A DNA stretch of 64,000 nucleotides from a virus. Taxonomy: Duplodnaviria > Caudoviricetes. Made by a program: the position numbers and the translations under genes. The stretch lies in IMG/VR virus record IMGVR_UViG_3300001528_000580, positions 96,001-160,000 of that record. One strand, 5' to 3'. Numbering within the stretch: position 1 is the stretch's first letter; each line of letters starts with the position of its first letter. Of this stretch, positions 47,313 to 54,998 are shown piece by piece. The notes below the pieces were generated by a model. That model worked only from the letters and a program-made list of their open reading frames with translations, searched no databases and was not told the DNA's origin.

Positions 47313-48638
47313 TTAAATAGCTACTTCAAGAATTTCAACATTTTCCATCGATTTATTTGATTCCAAAAATGATTCAAACATTTTTATATTATCTTCAGTA
47401 ATAATTTCTTTGAATGTAACATTCATTGAAAAATTAACAATATCATGGATAAAATTAAGTCTTTTCATGAATGTAGTATAATCAGGTGTTGATTTACAGA
47501 ATCTCAATTCAATAGTTTCACTATTAGTCAGATTAACTGCATCACAATGACGAGAAGAATAGCTCATTCCCCAATTATTCATATCCTTTTCACGAGATGA
47601 GCAGTACCCATCCAGTTTTCTACCACCAATGTTAGCGATAAATTCAGGATTATTATTGACAAAATAATCTAATACACGAATTGCTTCTTCTGTAAAGAAA
47701 TTTCTGCTAATATGAAAATGTAAACCACAATTTTCAATATTATCCATACCATTGTTTTCAAGAATATCAAAAATTTTGTTCCAAATATTTGTTTTAGTAT
47801 GAAAATCAAAAGTACCAGGATGACTTACAATCTCAACACCATTATCTCCAATTGAACCATCATGCTTACAATAAACAAAGTCAATGTTATTGTTCAAATC
47901 ATAAGCGCAACAACTACGATCAGCGCCACGAATTTCTAATTCTACACCAATAAAAAGTTTGGTATATTCTCCATCATACCGTCTAAAACATGGTTCTGGC
48001 TTATATTCATATGGATAAATACCTTCTTCATCCTCTCCACCAGTTTCTTCATAACAATCATTACAAAGATTAGAACAACAGCTTTCCTGATCATTCGGAA
48101 AGAGTTGATCGCATCTTTCACACTGGAAAAAATATTCCCTACGACAATCATCACAAATGTAATTATTATCATAGTCAGTATTTGAATCTTCATATGGGCA
48201 AAATTCACCACATTCATTGCATTTAAAATGTGTTTTATCAATGCAATCAGCACAAATATGTTTGCAATCTGATGTTCTTATAATGTCATCGTTATTAAAA
48301 TGTTTTTGACAACTTTCACAAAAACTATACTCTTCAATACAGTTTTCGCATACCATCCCAATATTTTCTACATAATAATAATTGTCATTAATGGTATCAA
48401 TTTTTTCTCCACACTCTTCACAACAAGGTATCTCATTGTAACAGTCGGAACAATAGATATTTCCTTTGAACTCATTAATGTCTTCGGTCAACACGTCATC
48501 GCATTTTTCACATTTAGGAAGATTGTTATAACAATCGTCACAATAATGAAAATTTTTTACATTGTTATCTTCATTGTTATTAAATTGCTTTTCGCAATTA
48601 GAACAGACAAACATGTTTTTTTCATCTTCGTGCAACAT
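47313..48638 (-). CDS. putative amidoligase with 6 acidic Zn fingers
   Basis: 12 CxxC; IGVELEI, KHDGSI, GVEIVSHP, CGLHFH, TIELRF. Confidence 0.87.
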   Translation of the reverse strand: MLHEDEKNMFVCSNCEKQFNNNEDNNVKNFHYCDDCYNNLPKCEKCDDVLTEDINEFKGNIYCSDCYNEIPCCEECGEKIDTINDNYYYVENIGMVCENCIEEYSFCESCQKHFNNDDIIRTSDCKHICADCIDKTHFKCNECGEFCPYEDSNTDYDNNYICDDCRREYFFQCERCDQLFPNDQESCCSNLCNDCYEETGGEDEEGIYPYEYKPEPCFRRYDGEYTKLFIGVELEIRGADRSCCAYDLNNNIDFVYCKHDGSIGDNGVEIVSHPGTFDFHTKTNIWNKIFDILENNGMDNIENCGLHFHISRNFFTEEAIRVLDYFVNNNPEFIANIGGRKLDGYCSSREKDMNNWGMSYSSRHCDAVNLTNSETIELRFCKSTPDYTTFMKRLNFIHDIVNFSMNVTFKEIITEDNIKMFESFLESNKSMENVEILEVAI

Positions 48639-48690
48639 TTTTTATTCCTCTTTTTTAAAAAATATAGCTTGAACTTTCCTTTATACAGTA

Positions 48691-48722
48691 TATACTATAC
48701 CATAAAATTAGAAAAATTCAAG
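48691..48722 (-). promoter_or_regulatory. promoter of the five-amidoligase operon
   Basis: TTGAAT-16-(TGG)TATAGT. Confidence 0.7.
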
Positions 48723-48739
48723 CTGTATTATTAAAAAAT

Positions 48740-49714
48740 TCATTTTTTTTGCCGTAACAAAAGACAATCACAGCATATTTTTTTATTTACATCTTCAATT
48801 AACAAAGAATTATGATATTCTTTATTACATTCATCACAAGTAAAGAATTGTTTACTGATAGGAAGACTATCAATACCATATTCATCATAGCAATTCCAGC
48901 AAAAATCTTTTTTACCGATAGTTATTCCACCATAATCATCAAATCTTTCGTCACAAATACAACAAGTGGACAATTCTTTATGAATTTTACTGCCTCTTGT
49001 AAATCCAAGCATATTAATTTTGGTTCTCCAATTATCTTCATAGTCATGATTGGAATAAAAAACGCCATTATTGTTAATCCAATTACCAAATATTTTCCAT
49101 ATTCCATCATCTTTGAGAATAGCTATTTTATTATATCCAATTTCTCTACTAATTTGCTTTTGATATTTTGTTGAACCATTAATAGTTTCTTTAATCATAA
49201 ATTCCAAATTTTTATTAGGACTATCATTAATTAAATATTCCCACAAACTTTTTTCATTATTGGAATTTATATAAGTATCATTCAGCTCTTCAAACATCTT
49301 TAATGTAAAAAGCATTGTATCTGAAATAGTTCCTGTTGGATCGTATTTTTTAAAAGTAAATTTGGGATAGTGCAAAATACCGTTATGAATAAGTCCATAA
49401 CCATTGAAAGAAATATTCTTTTTTCTCAAATCAGAAATTGAATTTGTAATCGGAAAAGGATGGGTATTTCCTCCATCCCTTAATCCATGAGTTGCAATAC
49501 GAAAGTGAATAAATATAGTGTCTTGTTCAGTAAAATTTTCTGAACAAAATGCAGTATAGAAATCTTCAAAACTCATATACCCTTTTTTAATATGAAGTTG
49601 ATTGTTCCTAACAAACATGAATCCTGCACCATCAGGATTATTATTGAAACAATTTAAGAAAGATGCACGGTCAGGAATTTCAACATTTTTGGGTTTTACG
49701 ATAGCTATACACAT
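48740..49714 (-). CDS. class II (Ntn) glutamine amidotransferase with 2 C-terminal Zn fingers
   Basis: N-terminal MC nucleophile, NPDGAG, HFRIATHG, NTHPF, HNG, SDT; CCIC..CWNC, CDEC..CCDC. Confidence 0.9.
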   Translation of the reverse strand: MCIAIVKPKNVEIPDRASFLNCFNNNPDGAGFMFVRNNQLHIKKGYMSFEDFYTAFCSENFTEQDTIFIHFRIATHGLRDGGNTHPFPITNSISDLRKKNISFNGYGLIHNGILHYPKFTFKKYDPTGTISDTMLFTLKMFEELNDTYINSNNEKSLWEYLINDSPNKNLEFMIKETINGSTKYQKQISREIGYNKIAILKDDGIWKIFGNWINNNGVFYSNHDYEDNWRTKINMLGFTRGSKIHKELSTCCICDERFDDYGGITIGKKDFCWNCYDEYGIDSLPISKQFFTCDECNKEYHNSLLIEDVNKKICCDCLLLRQKK

Positions 49715-49744
49715 TTAATTTTCTCCAAGTTTTTGTTTTCTTAT

Positions 49745-49776
49745 TATAAAATACACGTGTTTCTTGTTTTTTCAAG
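49745..49776 (-). promoter_or_regulatory. promoter of the GATase gene
   Basis: TTGAAA-16-(GTG)TATTTT. Confidence 0.6.
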
Positions 49777-49919
49777 CGATTTTACAAAAAAAATTAAAAA
49801 AAATAAAATATTATTATGGATAATAATATATTTATATTATATAAAACAAACAAAAATAGTAAATCTAACTATTATTTTTAATCTATGATTTATTATATAC
49901 AATTAGAAATAATCTTTTT

Positions 49920-50140
49920 TATTGAAATCATAATCATAATCTATAAAACAATTAAATCATAATTAATGATCGTTAAAAATAAAAATCATAATCAATGATC
50001 ATCTTTTGTGAATATCATTATCATAATCAAAAAATATTAATTATCATATTCATAATCTATTAAATTAATACATCTCTATCATAATTTTTATTTTGTTATA
50101 TCTTAATCAAAATCTAATAATTATAACATCTTAATCATTA
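49920..50140. repeat. AT-rich zone with ATCATAAT repeats
   Basis: six exact ATCATAAT copies (49927, 49933, 49956, 49985, 50020, 50078) plus variants; AAATCATAAT(T/C)AATGATC x2. Confidence 0.65.
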
Positions 50141-50197
50141 TAATAAGTAATACAATATCTTATTGTAATTTTAGAAAAATTTTGTTGTATAATAAAT

Positions 50198-51278
50198 ATG
50201 AATTTTAAAAAAATATCATAAATATTATAAATATAAATTTTATCTAGATATAAATTCTAGTTATCAAATTAACACAAAACATTACAATTGGATAGTTAAA
50301 TAATTTATAATCAAATTTTTATGTTATATACTGTAATTTAATATTATAATCTGATGATATTAAAAAAAACAAATAATAATTTATGTTTACTATATTAAAA
50401 GATATTTAATAGAACTTTAAAAGTTATAAATGTATGATTAGATTATTAAAATATATTAAGTATATAATAACTTATTAAAATGATATATAAATGTTATAAA
50501 TCATTTTTTAATAATAAAAAGTTAGATATAAAATTAAGAATATAAAAATTTAAAAATTATAAACATAAAATCTTTACATTAAAAAATCATAATTTAAGTT
50601 GACATAGAATAATAAAGTAATAATTTAATAAAAAATATAGATATTTTAAGAATTAATATTTTAAGAATTAATATTTTCAAAATATCTATATTAAATATTA
50701 AAAGAATAAGTATAAACAGAAATAGAAATAGTTTAGGATAATTATATTCAATAATTATTACGGATTTAGAAGAAACTAAAAGAATAAATGCTACTGGTAA
50801 ATCAGTGGGTTTTGACTTTGGTTTAAAAACTTTTTTAACCGCTAGTGATTATGAAGATATAAAAGCTCCTTTATATTTAATAAAAAACATCAAGAAGTTA
50901 AAAAAGTTAAGTAAAAATTTTTCTAAAATAGTTAAAGGTAGTAATAATTATAATAAAGCAAGGCTTTGCCTTGCAAGATTACATAAGAAAATATGTAACC
51001 AAAGAAATGATTTTTTATTTAAAGTTGCATTAGAAATAATTAGAAAATATGATATTATATTTTTAGAAACTTTAGATTTAGAAGCTATGAAAAAAAGATT
51101 TGGAAGAAAAATTAATGATTTAGGTTTTAATAACTTCTTAGAAATTTTAAAACAAAAAGCTAGTATTTATCACAAAAATATAATATTTAAAGATAAATAT
51201 TTTCCAAGTAGCAAAACTTGTAGTAATTGTGGATTTGTAAATAAAGATCTCAAGTTAAATGATAGAGAGTGGATATGA
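50198..51278 (+). pseudogene. tnpB: degenerate IS200/IS605-type tnpB
   Basis: intact 3' part (TGKSVGFDFGLKTFLTASD, LETL, FPSSKTCSNCG..DREW) stops before the second CxxC and RuvC-III; 5' part recognisable (YKYKFY, YKSFF, FTLK, NSLG*LY) but full of stops. Confidence 0.8.
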
Positions 51279-51545
51279 TTTTTATATTTTTTTTAATGGA
51301 AGTAAAATGATTTTTTATTATTTATATAGATTGCTATCATGTCAGTAATAATAAAAAACAATATATAAACATAATTTATTTTGATTATTACCAGTAACAA
51401 ATATAGTTTAATATGTTTTAATCTATACAATACACCAATGATAAATTATATATTAATAATAAAAATAAGTATATTTTGGAAATTTCACCACAAACAAATT
51501 TATAAATATTATAGTTTATATTTTATTTGATTTTATTTTATACAG

Positions 51546-51598
51546 AAATGAATCGGATTCATTATAAGAATAAAAAATTTTAATCCGATTCATTTTTT
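51546..51598 (+). terminator. intrinsic terminator
   Basis: AAATGAATCGGATT..AATCCGATTCATTT plus T run. Confidence 0.6.
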
Positions 51599-51626
51599 AT
51601 TGTTATAAATAGATTTTAGATCGTAC

Positions 51627-51741
51627 AAATAAAAGAACTATGATAAAAAATCATATTTATCATAGTTCTTAACTAACGTATAACAAAATAAGGAGTTTTT
51701 TAGTTATACCAATAACAATATAAAATAAATTATTGTTATTT
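51627..51741 (-). ncRNA. candidate small RNA, three hairpins, anti-SD loop
   Basis: TTGACA-16-TATTTT promoter (51748-51775) with no ORF downstream; hairpins 51711-51740, 51678-51709 (loop ACUCCUUA), 51633-51670 plus U run. Confidence 0.5.
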
Positions 51742-51781
51742 TCTATTAAAATAGCATATAAAATTAATTTGTCAAATTAAA

Positions 51782-52315
51782 TTAATTAAATTTATAACTA
51801 TTTTCAAAATTGAGTGTTCCATTTTTAATTTTATAGAGTTCATCAATAGCTCCTGCTATTGTTTTATATCCATGTTTGGTAAAGTTCATAGCAATTCTGA
51901 TTAAAATTATTCCATTGTTTTTACAAAATTCATTTTTAATTTTATCATTTTTTATTTCTTCTTCACTACTATGTGTTCCTTTATCATCTACTTCCACAAT
52001 AACTTTTTTTCCGTTAATTCTCATAATAAAATCAGGACGCAATGGTCTTTTGTTATAACAATTTTCTAATGATTCATTATATCGATAATTAAACTGATTT
52101 TCTGTTAATTTTGAGGCAAATAATTTTTCATGTCTCGACATGTTTTCTGGATGACAATTACACTTAATTGAATCAATCTTACAAGTAAATGTATTTCCAC
52201 ACAAGCGACAATAAACAGTTACATTATTATTTACAATAATTTGATCCTTGCTAATTTTAATATTAGGATTCTTTTTTTCTTCTGCAAGGCATTTATTATA
52301 TTGTTCATCAGTCAT
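51782..52315 (-). CDS. Zn-ribbon plus DUF559/PD-(D/E)xK-like endonuclease
   Basis: CRLCG..C.C; S..E..; RPDF..IVEVDD..H..D..KN.FC..NGI.LIRI. Confidence 0.75.
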   Translation of the reverse strand: MTDEQYNKCLAEEKKNPNIKISKDQIIVNNNVTVYCRLCGNTFTCKIDSIKCNCHPENMSRHEKLFASKLTENQFNYRYNESLENCYNKRPLRPDFIMRINGKKVIVEVDDKGTHSSEEEIKNDKIKNEFCKNNGIILIRIAMNFTKHGYKTIAGAIDELYKIKNGTLNFENSYKFN

Positions 52316-52510
52316 CTTTGAATATATCCTTTCTTATTTATATGAACATATATAAAATAACACAATTTTTTAAAAAATCAAGAATATTTTTGAAAAAAAT
52401 TCCTTTTTTATGTCCAATTTTTTGAAATGTTAATATTTTTTTATATTAATTATATTTAATGAAAGTTGTCCTACATTGTAGATACAAAATTAAAAAATGG
52501 AGATTAAAAA

Positions 52511-54631
52511 ATGGAAAATGAAATAGAAGATGAAATAAAAAAAATTATAAAAAAAGAAGCAGAAGAAGATAAAAGAATATTAAACTCAATTAGTGAAGTA
52601 TTAAATGATTCAGCAAAAAATGATGAAATAAGAATAAGAATAAATAAAAAAGATAAAGAATTTTTACAAGAGGCTGCTAAAAAGAATTATTTTGAAACAT
52701 TAAGTGATTATTTAAGATTTGCAGGATATAAATGTTCTACAATATCAAGTGATGGAAATATTTTACCGTTTAATCATTTAAGTAATGATAACAATTTAAA
52801 ACTTGAAAGTATATTAAGACAAATAGATTGTAAATTATATCAAAATGTTTTTTATGATAAATTAGTTTTAGTAGTTAATAAATATTCAGAAAAACAATAT
52901 TTACAAAACTACTTTTCTGATAATATTCCTGTTATCACTATTGAAAATTATTTAAATAATTCATATGATTTTTCTAATAATGCTGTTGTGTTTTATCCAA
53001 GTGTTTTATTATCATTTATTAATGAAAATATGAATTTACGTCAAGATATAAATTTATATAAAGAACAAATTAAAATTTTAAATGAAAAACTTGATTTTAA
53101 TATAAAAAAATATCTATATGACGATAGTTGTGAAACGATTAAAGAAAATATAGATGATATACTAATGTTTGCATGTAATAATGATTGGGAAATTGAAGAA
53201 GATGATCAATATAATTTAAAAATTATTAATGTTATTACAAATAAAAATGATAGAATTATTTATCTATTTGATAAACAAAAAAGCAAATATTATCTTAAAA
53301 CATTTGAATATGATAGTAATAATAAATATGATGAATTTAAGAATTATTTGTTAACTATTGAAAAGAAATCAGAAAACGATATAGAATATTTACTTAAAAA
53401 ACTTGGTTGTAAGTTGGATGAAAAAATATATTTAGGTGCAGAAAAAGTTAAAGAATTATGTAATTATTTTGAAAATCATGAAAAAAATTGGAAAGTAACT
53501 TTAAATAATGATGAATACCATTTTTGTGGAAAAGATAAATTTAATAATATTGATATAAATTCATGTGATTTATCATTGAATATAGTAATAAATATGATAG
53601 CACAAATAGTTCCATACGAAAATATGATTCAATATGAAATTAAAATTAATGTAAAAGAAAATAATGATATTAGTTGGAATGATCATAGTGATTTAAAAGA
53701 CTTTTTAGACTTTTTAAATAATGATTTCTTTTTTAAAAATATAGCAAATAAAATTATGCCATTGGCTAATAGAAAATTTACTAAATTATTATCAAAAAAA
53801 CATAGATTAAATAAATCAGATTATGATTATAAATTGCAAATGGCTATTGCAAGAAAAGATATAATATCAACAGAAAAATATATTAAAAAAGCCAGTTGTG
53901 AACTTATTACACAATTACTCAATGATGCTTTTACCAATAATGTTTCTCTTTATAATACTGACAATATTAATATGGAGTCATTTTTGAAAGTGTTAGTTCG
54001 TTTAATGTTAAATAGAAAAGTAAAATTCGATCCTTATGTAGCAATATTGTATTCTATTAATAATAATGATTTAGATTTATTAAATCAAATAATTAATTTG
54101 TTAAAAAGTGGATATAAAATAAAATCAGATTATTTTAAAAATAAAATAGATCTTGAAAAACCATTAAAAAATCAAATGCTTGACGATGTTTGTCAAATAA
54201 CTATTGGTTCGTTTATTCTCAATTTATTTGAACATGGAAATGATAAAGATTCTGTTAAGTTTTTAAAATATTTACATAACGCAGGATTTATTTTAAACTT
54301 ACCATTAATATTTAAAAGCCAAATATACACTGATGAAGTAATCAATTTATTTAAATTAGAATTTGGTTCTGAATCATTTGATATATTTAATAAAAAGAAT
54401 GAAAATTATTTAAAAAATGAAGATGTAGATAAAATAATAGAAAAAATTAATAATGGAAATATTGAAATGGAAGATGTAAATTTATTATATGAAGAACCAG
54501 ATGAACATGAAGAAGATATAGAATCAGTTGAATATCAAAATAATTTATTTGAAAAATCTAGTAATAAAATTTTGAAAATACGTAGCAACGAACGTAGTGA
54601 AACTATTCAAAAGATTATTCCATTAGATTAA
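52511..54631 (+). CDS. large protein with N-terminal ribbon-helix-helix DNA-binding domain
   Basis: EIRIRINKKDKEFLQEAAKK..TLSDYLR; GGAG RBS. Confidence 0.7.
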   Translation: MENEIEDEIKKIIKKEAEEDKRILNSISEVLNDSAKNDEIRIRINKKDKEFLQEAAKKNYFETLSDYLRFAGYKCSTISSDGNILPFNHLSNDNNLKLESILRQIDCKLYQNVFYDKLVLVVNKYSEKQYLQNYFSDNIPVITIENYLNNSYDFSNNAVVFYPSVLLSFINENMNLRQDINLYKEQIKILNEKLDFNIKKYLYDDSCETIKENIDDILMFACNNDWEIEEDDQYNLKIINVITNKNDRIIYLFDKQKSKYYLKTFEYDSNNKYDEFKNYLLTIEKKSENDIEYLLKKLGCKLDEKIYLGAEKVKELCNYFENHEKNWKVTLNNDEYHFCGKDKFNNIDINSCDLSLNIVINMIAQIVPYENMIQYEIKINVKENNDISWNDHSDLKDFLDFLNNDFFFKNIANKIMPLANRKFTKLLSKKHRLNKSDYDYKLQMAIARKDIISTEKYIKKASCELITQLLNDAFTNNVSLYNTDNINMESFLKVLVRLMLNRKVKFDPYVAILYSINNNDLDLLNQIINLLKSGYKIKSDYFKNKIDLEKPLKNQMLDDVCQITIGSFILNLFEHGNDKDSVKFLKYLHNAGFILNLPLIFKSQIYTDEVINLFKLEFGSESFDIFNKKNENYLKNEDVDKIIEKINNGNIEMEDVNLLYEEPDEHEEDIESVEYQNNLFEKSSNKILKIRSNERSETIQKIIPLD

Positions 54632-54645
54632 AAAGATAAATATTT

Positions 54646-54681
54646 TTAAAAAGGATTGCTAAAATTAGCAATCCTTTTTTT
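54646..54681. terminator. bidirectional terminator
   Basis: AAAAAGGATTGCTAA..TTAGCAATCCTTTTT. Confidence 0.75.
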
Positions 54682-54892
54682 GTATCAAAGTTTTATTAAT
54701 ATTAAAAGGATATTTGTTTAGATTTATTTTATCATTTTCCTTTTGATATTTTAATTCTTTTAATTCTTGTTTTAATGTTCTGACTTCTTTATGTGATTGG
54801 TACAAATCATATATTAAAAATCCAAATACAACTATAAAATAGATAAATAAAACTACTTGTAAAATGAATGCAAATTTTCTTAGTCTTGTCAT
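54665..54892 (-). CDS. small membrane-anchored coiled-coil protein
   Basis: TM plus coiled coil; RBS. Confidence 0.6.
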   Translation of the reverse strand: MTRLRKFAFILQVVLFIYFIVVFGFLIYDLYQSHKEVRTLKQELKELKYQKENDKINLNKYPFNINKTLIQKKDC

Positions 54893-54998
54893 AATATCTT
54901 TCCTGTTTTAAAAAATAATTTATTTATATTCATTTTAATCTTCATTTTATCAACTATGTTATATTATTATTATTATATAAAAAATACATAATATAAAT

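Noticed and set aside
36710-49174. Alternative-frame and antisense ORFs over the Cys-rich genes (e.g. 36920, 37024, 37480, 47942, 48300, 48812)
   Set aside because: They overlap well-supported genes and have low-complexity I/F/M-rich translations typical of shadow frames.
42208-49830. 18-bp ATTATGGATAATAATATA shared by two promoter-upstream regions (~42208 and ~49813)
   Set aside because: Only two copies in very AT-rich DNA; cannot be distinguished from chance or promoter-cassette duplication without statistics.
36293-51278. Diversity-generating retroelement behind ligase variation or tnpB erosion
   Set aside because: No reverse transcriptase and no near-identical TR/VR pair differing at adenines.
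49780-51780. CRISPR array associated with the TnpB/Cas12-like fragment
   Set aside because: Repeats are 8-18 bp, irregularly spaced, with no constant repeat-spacer period.
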